A DNA stretch of 64,000 bases, taken from an uncultured virus (IMG/VR IMGVR_UViG_3300047471_001174). Its lineage: Duplodnaviria > Heunggongvirae > Uroviricota > Caudoviricetes. The notes under the pieces were generated by a model, which saw nothing but the letters and a program-made list of their open reading frames with translations, searched no databases and was not told the origin of the DNA. Below are positions 9,427-19,436 of this stretch, in pieces (within the stretch, counting starts at the first letter, position 1; each line of letters starts with the position of its first letter). The translations under genes and the position numbers were made by a program. The stretch is from IMG/VR virus record IMGVR_UViG_3300047471_001174. One strand, given 5' to 3'.

Positions 9427-10532
9427 AAATCCGGTGTATCAGCCATCTCCTCCAGTTTGCCGACCAGACGGCCGAAATGGCCGCAGGCTTTTTGAATGAT
9501 ACGGAAAGTCGATTCGTTACGCATGGCTACGCTTCTGACATGCAATTCGATCCAGTCCATCGGGGCGAGCGATTGCTCGGCTGGCACTTTCTGAGACCAG
9601 AAGGTCTTGGCGCCGGGGTTGGTATCCGCATCATACCCGTCCGGAAAATCAACCGTTTTGTCGGGGCGGTCAACCCGTTTGATCTGCAGGGCCAGGCGGA
9701 AACGGTTAATCATCTCCCATCGTTCTTGCATCAGCTGCAACTCGTCGCTCTCGACCTTTCGAGACACAGCCTTGTAAATGGCATCAAGCTCAAATGACGT
9801 CAGTGTGCGAAACGTGATCTTCAGCCCGCCGTCGTAGAGGCTGTAGATCTTCTCAAATGGCACGTCACCCAGGCTGGCATGAAGGAAGACCATCTTGTCA
9901 GTCGATTCAACAGACACGTCATCTAACACGGCCTGGTCCCAGCCGCAGTGCGGACAGTTTCGATTGGCCGCGTCAGCACCGGTTGGCGACACGGATGCAG
10001 CGGGCGATGCCGTGGCGACTGGAGCTGCTTTAGCCGCGGCCGGCGGCGGGCTCGAGTCGTCGAAAATCTCGACGCTTCGCTGCGCTTGGTCAAACGCCGT
10101 CTGAATGGCCAACGGTTTCCCCGGTTCACCGAGAGCTTCCCCTTGCTCCTGTCTGGCAAGCTCAGCCTGAGCCGCAGCGATCTCCGCCCTGATCTGGGCC
10201 TGTTTCTCTTTCGGCAGCTGGTCCAGGGGGATGGGATTGTACTTCCCGGTCGGTTTGAAATCCGGCGGAACAGACGGCACGAACGACTGGCTTTCCTGCA
10301 CGATCCTCTGCACCATTTCACCGGTGTTCGACGGCAGGCCCTGGCTCGTGTCTACACCGATAGCCTGAAGTTGAGCCTCTTCGTTTGGGTTTAACTTAGT
10401 GACGCGATAGACACCGCCAGCGATCAGCGGCATCCTCCCCAGTGTGTTTGGAGCTGTGGGGCCGCCACCCGGCATAGCCGACATCAGGTCGCCTGGGGTT
10501 TTGAGAGTGTGGGGCGTGACGAACTCGCTCAT
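9399..10532 (-). CDS. Tail assembly chaperone G-like protein with a CxxC motif
   Basis: Start moved to ATG 10532 (MSEFV) to avoid overlap with the upstream gene. Contains CPHC and ITFRTLT, and ends ...PDFWEPTGASS. Confidence 0.6.
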   Translation of the reverse strand: MSEFVTPHTLKTPGDLMSAMPGGGPTAPNTLGRMPLIAGGVYRVTKLNPNEEAQLQAIGVDTSQGLPSNTGEMVQRIVQESQSFVPSVPPDFKPTGKYNPIPLDQLPKEKQAQIRAEIAAAQAELARQEQGEALGEPGKPLAIQTAFDQAQRSVEIFDDSSPPPAAAKAAPVATASPAASVSPTGADAANRNCPHCGWDQAVLDDVSVESTDKMVFLHASLGDVPFEKIYSLYDGGLKITFRTLTSFELDAIYKAVSRKVESDELQLMQERWEMINRFRLALQIKRVDRPDKTVDFPDGYDADTNPGAKTFWSQKVPAEQSLAPMDWIELHVRSVAMRNESTFRIIQKACGHFGRLVGKLEEMADTPDFWEPTGASS

Positions 10533-10542
10533 TTGATACCTT

Positions 10543-13242
10543 TCAACCGAGGGACAGGAACGTGTTAAGTGAGAATTTTTGCCAGCTGCCAGTCGCAGGC
10601 AGCCCGCTATTCGACGTGTACGGATTACTCTGGCTGGCTGTTCGATCGACGGCAACACCATTTGGGCCAGTTAACGTGGACGCTGCCGGAGACAGCATGG
10701 CCTGGCTGCTCGTACCGAATCCGATCAAGCCGGGGAACGGGTAAAGCTGATTGTTCTGGTAGGTAATTCCCTTCTCGTTCCACGGAGATCCTCCGGTTGC
10801 ATCACCAGCACGAACCATCCTTTGCCACCGCGACTCGACCAGCATGAACGACTGAGTGCCGTATTGAATCCCATCATCGCGGTAGCTGAAACCGATCTGA
10901 GGGACCAGGGCCTTGTCTCCCTGCTCGCCGGTCTGGTAATAGGCTTGGCTGAAGTAGCCCCAAGACTTTTGTCCGTCTTGCACCACCGACTGAGCACTTT
11001 GATTGTCTTTGGACAGATCGTTCGTGACCTCGGATAAGGATCTTCCCTCGAGAACGCCCATGCGTCCGTCTGGGGCGGGCGTACTGACTTCTCCTGTCAC
11101 GTCGACATTGCCAGAGACGAGCATACCCCCGCTAAGAACGGCCGTTGTTCCATTGATCGTGAGCGGGGTACAGATGATCGCGGCGATTCCTGAATAAAGA
11201 TTGACCTGCTGAATGTTGCCGTTGCTTCCGAAAATATCTCGAGAGACGTTCGTGATGAACCGGTCAAAGTCCCGGGCATTGATCTGCACGTCAGCCGCAC
11301 CTTGCCCGGCGTCCAATATGATGTTGCCCGAAGCCACGTCGCCAACACCCGTGCTGATGTAAACACCGGCCGTCCAGACTGACAGCGGGGCTGCCTTGCT
11401 CTTGAGCAGGATGCCAGACGATTGCACGTTTTCGCCGATTTTTCCGTCGAAGCCCTGAGTTGGCCCAGAGCCTGTGCTCTCAACCAACACGCCGACAGCC
11501 TGCATCTGCATGTTGGCCTGGGCCTTGATCCGTACGTCTTTGTTGGTCGCCGTGATGTCTATCGAATTTCGAGCCCGGGCGATCAGATCGTCACCGGCCC
11601 AGGCCACCAGGTTGCGACCGGGCATCATGTAGATGCTGCCGGGGCAGCTCATGTAGATGTTTCCCCCGGTCATCGAGATCTCTGACCCGTACCCGTCGCC
11701 GAAGACAACGCCCCCGTCTGGCAGTTGATGGATGTACGATTCAGACTGGAAGAAGTCAGTCTGCCCGTATCGGCTGTCGACGTTGAGCTGTTTCGCTGGC
11801 GGCAACGGCAGGGAGCTGGCCGCGTTTGTTCCAGTCAATCGGGAGAAGTCTAGCTTAGCCTGATTCGACCATCCGGAATCCGATTCTTGGGGCAGGTTGA
11901 AATCCCCGGTATGGTAGGCGAACGGATGCAAGGCCTTCCAGTTGCCGTTGTACGCTCGGAAATCATTGGTCGTAGCCGCTCCGAACAGAGGAGCAGGATC
12001 CGGCGCCTGCTGCACGGGCAGGTTGCCAACCTGGTGCGGTGGCCCCGACCCGAACTGACCAGACGCCTTGTAGTTCTGCGTGTTATCGCTGTCATTCCGC
12101 TGATCTTCTGGCAAACGAATCCGTTTGGGGACGGGGATGTTCACGCGTTTGGTGAAGGAGATCGAGTGGGCACTTCGCAACAGATAAGAGCCATCCAGGC
12201 CGACGCTCTCGTCAAACAGTCCGCGGTCCAATGTCGTCTTTGGCACATCCTGGTATCGCTGCACACCGCCAGTCCGGCCCGGCACGATCAACGCCCGTCG
12301 GCCGCCCTGACCGAGATAGCCGCCGTAGCGCTGGCAACGGTAGAAGGGCTGTGTGTCCGGGTAGGTGGGCTCTAGCTTCGACGTCAGCCCCTGGTATTGG
12401 ATTCCCTGGTCATTCGTATTCATCGTCAGCATGCCGGTTTTTGGGTCCAGACTGCCGACTGACTCCCACGGGTAGACAGCCATCCCCTCGTAGTCGGCGA
12501 TCTCCCCCTCGTCATCACGGATTTGCCGCTCATGACTGACTGTCTGCCAGTCCATGTTCCACCCGGCCAGTCGCATGTAGCTGTCGAAGTAGTTCAGGAA
12601 CAGGCCACACGTCTCGTTAACCCGCAGATAGGCCTGGAAGGAATCCATGAACAGGCCGATTCCCGTCTCGGACATGTACCCGAACTCACCGCTGCCCGTA
12701 CCGTCCAACGGGCGGCCGCAAGAGAAGTCTTGGACAAACCCCTTGTTGGACAGGTACTTGATGAAAGCCGAGTAGGCCCCGTCGACCATGAAGCCGACGC
12801 CAGAGCCGTAGTTGATTTTGTCGGGCAGGAAGTTCGAATTGACCGCCGCGGACAGGGACGGCACCACACCGAGGATGACGCCAAACGACATGCCGGCCAT
12901 CTTCAACACGAGGACGCGGGCCCCGACAGGCAGAGTCGACATGCATCGAACGCCAGCCGGCTGTAGACCTGTCGAGCTTAACTGACAGCAGTACTGGAAG
13001 CCTTGCCCGGCCTCCATCTGTACGCTGTACCAGTTGTTGTAGGGGATGGCGACCCGGATGAAGCCCATTTTGATGGGCGCGGACGGGTCAGGCTGTGACA
13101 GTCGATCAACAGCCCGAGAGAGCCAGGGATTTTCGGCGAAGTCACCAGGCGTATCACGCCCGGCAGCGAGGCCTGATAATTTGCGAGCCAATTCCTGGAT
13201 ACGGGGGTCGGCCGCGGCCCTAAAAAAATCAACCAGATCCAT
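10543..13242 (-). CDS. Baseplate central spike protein (gp5/VgrG-like)
   Basis: OB-fold-like N-terminal part (LPVGARVLV...GVILGVV) and later beta-helix-like repeats (DGYGSEISMTGGNIYMSCPGSIYMMPG); strong GGAGGTGA RBS. Confidence 0.6.
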   Translation of the reverse strand: MDLVDFFRAAADPRIQELARKLSGLAAGRDTPGDFAENPWLSRAVDRLSQPDPSAPIKMGFIRVAIPYNNWYSVQMEAGQGFQYCCQLSSTGLQPAGVRCMSTLPVGARVLVLKMAGMSFGVILGVVPSLSAAVNSNFLPDKINYGSGVGFMVDGAYSAFIKYLSNKGFVQDFSCGRPLDGTGSGEFGYMSETGIGLFMDSFQAYLRVNETCGLFLNYFDSYMRLAGWNMDWQTVSHERQIRDDEGEIADYEGMAVYPWESVGSLDPKTGMLTMNTNDQGIQYQGLTSKLEPTYPDTQPFYRCQRYGGYLGQGGRRALIVPGRTGGVQRYQDVPKTTLDRGLFDESVGLDGSYLLRSAHSISFTKRVNIPVPKRIRLPEDQRNDSDNTQNYKASGQFGSGPPHQVGNLPVQQAPDPAPLFGAATTNDFRAYNGNWKALHPFAYHTGDFNLPQESDSGWSNQAKLDFSRLTGTNAASSLPLPPAKQLNVDSRYGQTDFFQSESYIHQLPDGGVVFGDGYGSEISMTGGNIYMSCPGSIYMMPGRNLVAWAGDDLIARARNSIDITATNKDVRIKAQANMQMQAVGVLVESTGSGPTQGFDGKIGENVQSSGILLKSKAAPLSVWTAGVYISTGVGDVASGNIILDAGQGAADVQINARDFDRFITNVSRDIFGSNGNIQQVNLYSGIAAIICTPLTINGTTAVLSGGMLVSGNVDVTGEVSTPAPDGRMGVLEGRSLSEVTNDLSKDNQSAQSVVQDGQKSWGYFSQAYYQTGEQGDKALVPQIGFSYRDDGIQYGTQSFMLVESRWQRMVRAGDATGGSPWNEKGITYQNNQLYPFPGLIGFGTSSQAMLSPAASTLTGPNGVAVDRTASQSNPYTSNSGLPATGSWQKFSLNTFLSLG

Positions 13243-13333
13243 CTACTCACCTCCGGTGGGGTGCGGTTAGTCGCGCCAGTGGCGCTAGGGCTTGCAGCTT
13301 ATCACAAACCCAACTCAACCCGGAAACTTATTT

Positions 13334-13801
13334 TCAGCCGCCGCCGTGGTCGGTGTACTCCATCGCGGAGAAGATGGCCGAGCTGCTTTCATTGACCACC
13401 ATGTCGCCGGCACTGACGCCAAAGCCCACGTTGGTGATCACCACATACTTGCACAGGAACGTCGGTGAATTGCTCGCACAGCGGCTGACCAGGTTGAAGG
13501 CGATGTTGTTCATGGCCGCCTGGCAGACGTCGCCGTAGGTCGCGTAGAAGGCTTGCAGCAGAACAGACGGGCCGATCACTCGAGCCAGGCTGATCTGTCC
13601 TTGGGTTCGTCCGCCGATGTAGTACACCACGTCCTGTCCCACTTCGTACAGACGGGTGACGGACTGGGCGTAACCGAAGTTGGCTGTCTGAACCAGGGCA
13701 CCGGCCTGGATCTGGCCATTCGAGAAGGTGATGCTGGCGTTTTGTGCCGCGAACGAACCGGCGAACCGACTTGCAGCACCCGAGAAAATGTCAGCAGCCA
13801 T
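13334..13801 (-). CDS. Tail tube protein
   Basis: About 155 aa after the sheath; Q.V.RLYEVG....YYI.GR..G...L.R pattern; AAGGAGG RBS before ATG 13801. Confidence 0.75.
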   Translation of the reverse strand: MAADIFSGAASRFAGSFAAQNASITFSNGQIQAGALVQTANFGYAQSVTRLYEVGQDVVYYIGGRTQGQISLARVIGPSVLLQAFYATYGDVCQAAMNNIAFNLVSRCASNSPTFLCKYVVITNVGFGVSAGDMVVNESSSAIFSAMEYTDHGGG

Positions 13802-13857
13802 ATTCACGCCTCCTTGCGTGGGACTCTCGTTCAGCGAACCGAACGAGCGATTATCGA

Positions 13858-16659
13858 CTAGAACGAAAGGTTAATCACGAACTGATTCAAAGGAGCCGGT
13901 GCCGTACCAGTGACAGTCATGTTGACCGTGTCAGCTGACAGGGCACTGATTTCGATACTCGCGATCGTCGCGTCGATGATCTGCCCGCCCAGACTCGGGG
14001 TGAACAGTTCCGATTTCAACACTTCGATCAGAGCTCGTCCTTCGACCGTCAAGATGTTCAGCAGGGTTGGAACCGCGTTGACCACACCGATGAACGGAGC
14101 GAAGGTCTCAGCGAATCGGTAAGAGATCGAGTCGATGTTCGAAACGATCATCTCTTCGCGTTCGTCGAGAATCGCGTACGGGCCCGTCGTCACAGCGTGT
14201 CTCGTGTAGATGTCGCCCGACTGCGGGTTGGACGTCACGATCCAAACACCGTTGCCAGCCATCTGGTCGAGCTGGTCGCGGTCAAACTTGTTGACCGTGC
14301 GGGGTACGGAAGTGAATCCGGTGATCTGAAGATTCGTCATGCCTTGCTGCGGGACAACACCGCTGCGGAGCCCGGCGAGAGCACAGCACAGAAAGTACCC
14401 GTCGATTGTGGCCGAACCGGTGTTGATCGTGTCGGGCCAGACAGCTCGTACTCGAGTTGAACCGAACGCACCAGCCTGCACTTGGATGGCTGTCGCCTCG
14501 TCGGTCGGCGCCAGATTTCTCCAGATCTCGACCTTCTGTGGCGTTGAAACCGGAACCGAGCTGGACGTCGACAGCAACAGGGAGTCTTGATTGAGCACCT
14601 GTGCAACCGAGAAGTCGGTGAAGGTGAAGTTACCGAATCCGTCACCGACGTACAGGTAGCGAACGATGTCACCGGCTCGAACGCCATTCGTTACGAACTG
14701 CCCGTTGAGAGCCGGAACGGTGAGCAGATTGTATTGGATGCCGACTGCGTTCGGATTGTCGATGATGGTTGCCAGAACGGTATTGCCGTCAGTCGACGTG
14801 GCGGAACTTACGACGGCCGAAGTCGGCACATCCTGCAAGGCGGTCCACATGACACGCCACTGGTTGATGGTCGGGGACGAGTAGGCTTGCACATGCCCCT
14901 GCCACAACTGCAGAACCTGCTGGTTGTGCGTCAGTGGCACAAGGCCATAAACGTCCGTTCTTCCGGCGATGACTTGCAAAGCGGCCTGCCAGGCAGCAAT
15001 CGAGGTCGGGTCCGACACAGCCGTGTAACCGACCGCGGAACCGTTGCTGTTGGACAAAGCCAGGAACACACCATACGACAGCGGATTATCCGGATCCAAC
15101 TGGCCCGGAATGGCCGTCAGGACGCCGGACGGATCGCTCAAGCTGTTGAACGTGCTCACCAGGTTGGTCAGCCACGCCCTGTACTGGACATAGACGCGAC
15201 CGTAGTTCTGCGACACAGACGAGTTGACCGGCAAGGCCAGCATGACGCCGCCGCTGGTCCACGTCGGGTCGTACCCGACAATCCCGCCCTGGATGCAGAT
15301 TTGCGTTTCGGACGTGTTCCAGTTGGTCTGAGGAGCGAACCCGAGACGGTTGGCCGAGATCTGCAACGCAGGCTTGAGGATGTACAGAGACACGTCGACC
15401 GATGTGCCGGCCGGGATGTTCGGGTTCAGGTTGTTGGCCAGCACGATCGTCTTCATTGCCCCGGCGGCCTGGGCGGTCACATTGACCGTGTATCGATTGC
15501 CCAGTCGAAGGCCAGTGCCGGCAAACGAGATCGTCGTGCCTTGCGTCCCGATCGGGACAGCGAAGCCTGTGGTGGGTACGGTGGTCGGTCCGCTGATGTC
15601 CAGCCCGAGCGAGTCGGCCACGGAGATCTGCGGTTCAGACGAGGAAGAGAACAGCCCTCCCTGGGTCACTGTAACGATGTAGGTCGTGTTGTTCAAACCG
15701 GTGTAGGTTCCACCCGAGGTGGGCACGGACGGCGTGTAAGACTGGTTGACGGTAACCAGCCAGGTCTGTCCGACAAGCAGGTCAACCGCCGAGATGTGGC
15801 CCTGAGCTTGAGCCGAGATCGAGCAGTGGGCCGACTCGTCTTCGTGGAACGTGACTAGCAGGCCGCGGGTACCGATGGCGGTTGGCGTGCCGACCGCGGC
15901 AGGCACAACAGACGCCTGATTATCAGTGCCGCTGCCTGAGGTCACCTTGACCGTGGCCGTGGTGTAATTTCCGTGCGACGACGAACGGGTGACGGTGATC
16001 GAGTAGGTTTCGCTGACGTAACCGCTGGCCAGACCGTTGTAGCCGGCCCCGTTGACCTGAACGCTGACGCAGTTTTCGGGTCCGGAGACACGCATCACGC
16101 TCGCGCTGAACGACTGAGCTGACGGATTGCCCGGGTCGACGAATGCCCCGCTGACGCTTGCGGCGATCACATCACCGACGAAGCCCTGCACGGTACTCCA
16201 TGTGGTGTACGTGGTGGGACCGATAACGGTTCGCACCCTGGCGATGTCACCAATCTGGACGTCGCGGGAATTGAACTGGCTCGATCGCGGGTAAGTCGTA
16301 CCGTTCGAGATAAATGAAAGGCTCTGTGACTTGATCTCGTTTGGGTAGTTGGCGACCGTTTTGATATCGCCACCGCCTGTCGCCACCTCAGAGAAGTAGT
16401 TAAGCAGGGCGTTCTGGATCCAGACCTGAGTGTAGGTCAGGTCGATCAGGCTGCCGGCCGGCTGATTGGGCCAGGAGTAGCAGTTCTGCGTGGTTGGATC
16501 GTAGTACCCAAGGAAGCCCTGTTCCTTTTCCGAGGCCTGCGAGTATCGGACAAGCTGGCCATTTGGAGCGGTGATGTGGGCATTCAGCGGATGCGCGACC
16601 GAGGTCGGCAGATTGTTCAGCTGTTGAAAGACTTGGACTTGCGGGAGCACGTAGCTCAT
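13858..16659 (-). CDS. Contractile tail sheath protein
   Basis: 933 aa; N-terminal YVLPQVQVFQ; C-terminal GYFLCCALAGLRSG...IYTRHAVTT...PAPLNQFVINL sheath-like signature. Confidence 0.85.
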   Translation of the reverse strand: MSYVLPQVQVFQQLNNLPTSVAHPLNAHITAPNGQLVRYSQASEKEQGFLGYYDPTTQNCYSWPNQPAGSLIDLTYTQVWIQNALLNYFSEVATGGGDIKTVANYPNEIKSQSLSFISNGTTYPRSSQFNSRDVQIGDIARVRTVIGPTTYTTWSTVQGFVGDVIAASVSGAFVDPGNPSAQSFSASVMRVSGPENCVSVQVNGAGYNGLASGYVSETYSITVTRSSSHGNYTTATVKVTSGSGTDNQASVVPAAVGTPTAIGTRGLLVTFHEDESAHCSISAQAQGHISAVDLLVGQTWLVTVNQSYTPSVPTSGGTYTGLNNTTYIVTVTQGGLFSSSSEPQISVADSLGLDISGPTTVPTTGFAVPIGTQGTTISFAGTGLRLGNRYTVNVTAQAAGAMKTIVLANNLNPNIPAGTSVDVSLYILKPALQISANRLGFAPQTNWNTSETQICIQGGIVGYDPTWTSGGVMLALPVNSSVSQNYGRVYVQYRAWLTNLVSTFNSLSDPSGVLTAIPGQLDPDNPLSYGVFLALSNSNGSAVGYTAVSDPTSIAAWQAALQVIAGRTDVYGLVPLTHNQQVLQLWQGHVQAYSSPTINQWRVMWTALQDVPTSAVVSSATSTDGNTVLATIIDNPNAVGIQYNLLTVPALNGQFVTNGVRAGDIVRYLYVGDGFGNFTFTDFSVAQVLNQDSLLLSTSSSVPVSTPQKVEIWRNLAPTDEATAIQVQAGAFGSTRVRAVWPDTINTGSATIDGYFLCCALAGLRSGVVPQQGMTNLQITGFTSVPRTVNKFDRDQLDQMAGNGVWIVTSNPQSGDIYTRHAVTTGPYAILDEREEMIVSNIDSISYRFAETFAPFIGVVNAVPTLLNILTVEGRALIEVLKSELFTPSLGGQIIDATIASIEISALSADTVNMTVTGTAPAPLNQFVINLSF

Positions 16660-16702
16660 GGGCAGCTTCCTTGCAACTTAGACTCCGGCAATCCCAGCCG
16701 GA

Positions 16703-17347
16703 TTATTTCAACCCGAACAACGCCTTCAAGCCGATTCGTCTCAGAACGGGAGCCTCATACCGGAGTTCCCAGTTCTCATCGTATGCGATCCCGACTGTAA
16801 TTGGAACGCAAAAGTTCTGTTGAGCCTCTTCCAGAACGGAAATTTCACCAACTTGCATAACCTGATATTTCTGCAGATTCAACTCAGTGGTAATCGCTCT
16901 GGTGAATTTCGTCAACCGTCGCTGCACCTCGGTGGCCAGTAATTCCACCCCGGCGCCTGTCCCGTAGATGCAGAAAATCGTGTGGCTACCAACCCAGATT
17001 GTGCTGAATTTCTGGTCCATTGTCCGGGCGTCAAACCCGGCAAAATCGCCGACAGACAGCCTGGCGTTCTGGTAGGCGTTCCTTTTGATCAGGACGGCCG
17101 GACGTCGTTCAGTTCGGTTGGGGTCGTAGTCGTAAGCGTCGGCAATCAAGATTGTCGCGGCTTCTTCCGTAGACCACAGGAAGGCCCGGAGATCGGGCTC
17201 CTCAATCTGATCCGGCTCATTAAAACAGCGGATAAGATAATCGCGAAAAAATCCTGTCAGGACCAATGGACGCATGCCCAACGACGTCAAATTGCTGGCC
17301 AGGTGCCCGAGGAAGCTGGCCTGACCGTTGTTTGTGGGCTGAGTCAT
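16703..17347 (-). CDS. Putative tail terminator/completion protein
   Basis: 214 aa directly upstream of the sheath; RRPAVLIKR motif; call rests on gene order. Confidence 0.55.
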   Translation of the reverse strand: MTQPTNNGQASFLGHLASNLTSLGMRPLVLTGFFRDYLIRCFNEPDQIEEPDLRAFLWSTEEAATILIADAYDYDPNRTERRPAVLIKRNAYQNARLSVGDFAGFDARTMDQKFSTIWVGSHTIFCIYGTGAGVELLATEVQRRLTKFTRAITTELNLQKYQVMQVGEISVLEEAQQNFCVPITVGIAYDENWELRYEAPVLRRIGLKALFGLK

Positions 17348-17562
17348 TTGGGGGTCGCACCAAACATCTGGCGAAACACGGATGCCGGATCAACCGAGAA
17401 CTTTTTAATGCTGATCGTGGAAAGGAATGGTGACTTGGCCGAATCGGGAATGCTGTGTGCTTTTGGGACCGTTGGTGCTTTCGGCAGTACGGGCTTTGGT
17501 AGCTCCGGGCCTAAAGCGGGAGACCGGGGAAACTGACCAAAATTGTCTGGGATACGGGGCAT
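17344..17562 (-). CDS. Small Pro-rich hypothetical protein
   Basis: Coupled on both sides (TAATG and ATGA overlaps). Confidence 0.6.
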   Translation of the reverse strand: MPRIPDNFGQFPRSPALGPELPKPVLPKAPTVPKAHSIPDSAKSPFLSTISIKKFSVDPASVFRQMFGATPK

Positions 17563-18464
17563 TAGTTCGGCAATTGGATGTTGGGCAGATGGTCAGGAAT
17601 CGTGATCTGGTAAACGGTATCAGAGAAGGGAACGACTCGCAACTCGGCCACAATGACGATCGGCACGCCGCGGAACTCTGCCTGGTTAACGATTCTGTGC
17701 ACGTAGTATCGGCGATCGTCGTCTTCACTGACCCAGACGTCGTCCTCGCCCAGTTGGGGAGCTCCCAGCATCCGGGCCATGACGGCGACACTGTCCGTGG
17801 TCTGTGTGCGACCGCCCGCGTCAATCTGAGTGTGGTGAGCGTCGAGTCCCAGGTCGGCGTAAACGCACGGCAGGGGCAGGTAATATCCGCCTACCCATTT
17901 TGTTCCGTAGCACGTGGCACAATAGGGTTGTCGAACCTCGCCGGTCTGGTAATCGAGACAGACCGGACACTTTGTGCCGTGGTACTTCCGTTTGAGTAGA
18001 AAGCCTCGAGTGCTGGCAAATCTGTGGCGAATCGATTCCTTGCGGGTGACTTCCCTGGCCAGTCTCCATCCACGGACGCCGAGGGCGCCAACGCCTGATT
18101 GGGGATTCGAATAGTAGATGCCCGCGCTGTCGCTCAAAACTACTCGGTAGTGGGTCCAGTTTGTTTTGCCGAAAACTCGTTGATCAGGGTCGATTGCGTA
18201 GAAGGTGTCCTGGATCGACATGCCGACGTCTTCCCAGTCGTCTGCCGTAGCGACGCCTGATCGACCAACCTGTAATTGGAACGTGAAGGGCCCGGGGTCA
18301 TTGAAGTCAGGGCGTAGATCCCACGTGACTCGTGTCCCGCCGGCGAAGATGTTGTTCACAACGACGCGCAAAAACGGGTTGCAATCCGAGATACATGGAG
18401 CCACTGGACAGGGCGTAAGAGCGGCCGCCGGGGATGTCGTCGCGGGTAGTAAGACGATGGGCAT
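17562..18464 (-). CDS. Putative neck/head-closure protein with a Zn finger
   Basis: CPVC...CATCYGT.WVGGY motif preceded by an FN3-like segment; neck position. Confidence 0.55.
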   Translation of the reverse strand: MPIVLLPATTSPAAALTPCPVAPCISDCNPFLRVVVNNIFAGGTRVTWDLRPDFNDPGPFTFQLQVGRSGVATADDWEDVGMSIQDTFYAIDPDQRVFGKTNWTHYRVVLSDSAGIYYSNPQSGVGALGVRGWRLAREVTRKESIRHRFASTRGFLLKRKYHGTKCPVCLDYQTGEVRQPYCATCYGTKWVGGYYLPLPCVYADLGLDAHHTQIDAGGRTQTTDSVAVMARMLGAPQLGEDDVWVSEDDDRRYYVHRIVNQAEFRGVPIVIVAELRVVPFSDTVYQITIPDHLPNIQLPN

Positions 18465-18469
18465 TCAAA

Positions 18470-18487
18470 TAACTTTTTGAAAAGGTA
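18470..18487. promoter_or_regulatory. 18-bp palindrome, copy 2 (TAACTTTT-TG-AAAAGGTA)
   Basis: In a 27-bp intergenic gap; central dinucleotide inverted relative to copies 1, 3 and 4. Confidence 0.65.
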
Positions 18488-18491
18488 TTGA

Positions 18492-19211
18492 TTACACCAC
18501 GACTGTGAGCGGGGTGAAATGCGGGCCAAAACTGCCCGATCCACCAACTGTACCAATTTTTGTTGCCACGAGCATGTAAGCCCCGGGCGCCATAGCCATC
18601 GGAAGAATCCAATGTCCGTTGATGTCAGTTGTGCTCTGCCCGACGATGTAAGTTGCCGACCGTCGACCGGCGTTGAAATCTGCCAGTCGAAAGGCCTGGA
18701 TGACTGCTCCCTCGATACCACTACCTTGGGGATCTGTGTACTGCAGGTTGTTTGTACCGCCGTAATTGTGATCGACCAGAACGGGCCCAGCACCACCGAC
18801 CAGCGTTTGTAACGACGCCATAAGTGTAAGGATGGCCTGCGAGTCGGCCGCGTTGATCAGGTAGGACGGAACGAATTGCACGTCATACGTCGGTGCCAGG
18901 ATTCGTTTTCCGGTTGTCTCGGCAAAGGTCAGGGTTCGTCTGCCGGCCAAGGCAAACATGTTGTTTGGCAGATCGAGTCGATAGATACCGCCCTCGCGTT
19001 CTTTGACCCCGCCCGCCACATTGTTATTGGGGTGGGAAGTCACAATCGACGGCAGGTCTGTTAACACGATCGGCGTGTCAGCCGTGTTTCCGCCGCCCGA
19101 CCAGGCGCAAGCCGGAAAATCGGTAGCAACTTTGCCTGTAACGGCAGCACCCGAATCGTCTGCGAAAAAGACGTCGGCCGAGATCTGCACAGAACCTGGG
19201 GCAATGATCAC
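18492..19211 (-). CDS. Putative virion structural protein with Ig/transthyretin-like domains
   Basis: GIYRLDLP and QSTTDINGHWIL..APGAYMLV beta-sandwich patterns. Confidence 0.55.
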   Translation of the reverse strand: MIIAPGSVQISADVFFADDSGAAVTGKVATDFPACAWSGGGNTADTPIVLTDLPSIVTSHPNNNVAGGVKEREGGIYRLDLPNNMFALAGRRTLTFAETTGKRILAPTYDVQFVPSYLINAADSQAILTLMASLQTLVGGAGPVLVDHNYGGTNNLQYTDPQGSGIEGAVIQAFRLADFNAGRRSATYIVGQSTTDINGHWILPMAMAPGAYMLVATKIGTVGGSGSFGPHFTPLTVVV

Positions 19212-19432
19212 TGCAATGTCTTTCTGCGTCTGAGCAAAAGACCGCTACTGACAGATCCGGGACTCCCAACAAATCCGTATCGACGACCCATGATCCCCGG
19301 GGCAGCTGAACCCAATTGGGTGATCCCTCCGGATGTCGGAGGCGGCGGAGTGGGACCGATAGGCTGAGAAAAGCTGTACTGTCGGCCCATGATGCCGGGT
19401 GCAGCCGATCCCAATTGAGTTAAAGGGGGCAT
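19208..19432 (-). CDS. 74-aa protein with two TQLGSAAPGIMGR(Q/R)Y repeats
   Basis: Internal repeat conserved at the protein level with synonymous differences; coupled to the downstream gene. Confidence 0.75.
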   Translation of the reverse strand: MPPLTQLGSAAPGIMGRQYSFSQPIGPTPPPPTSGGITQLGSAAPGIMGRRYGFVGSPGSVSSGLLLRRRKTLQ

Positions 19433-19436
19433 TTTT

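Noticed and set aside
10533..10661. N-terminal extension of ORF 9399-10661
   Set aside because: Overlaps the spike gene; ATG 10532 with an upstream AAAGGT fits better.
14587..15858. 423-aa plus-strand ORF, and the other plus-strand ORFs generally
   Set aside because: Antisense to well-supported minus-strand genes; expected from GC-rich codon bias.
2410..17347. Sheath/tube/spike cluster as a T6SS, eCIS or tailocin
   Set aside because: Linked to capsid, protease, neck, tape measure and phage RNAP genes, indicating a complete phage.
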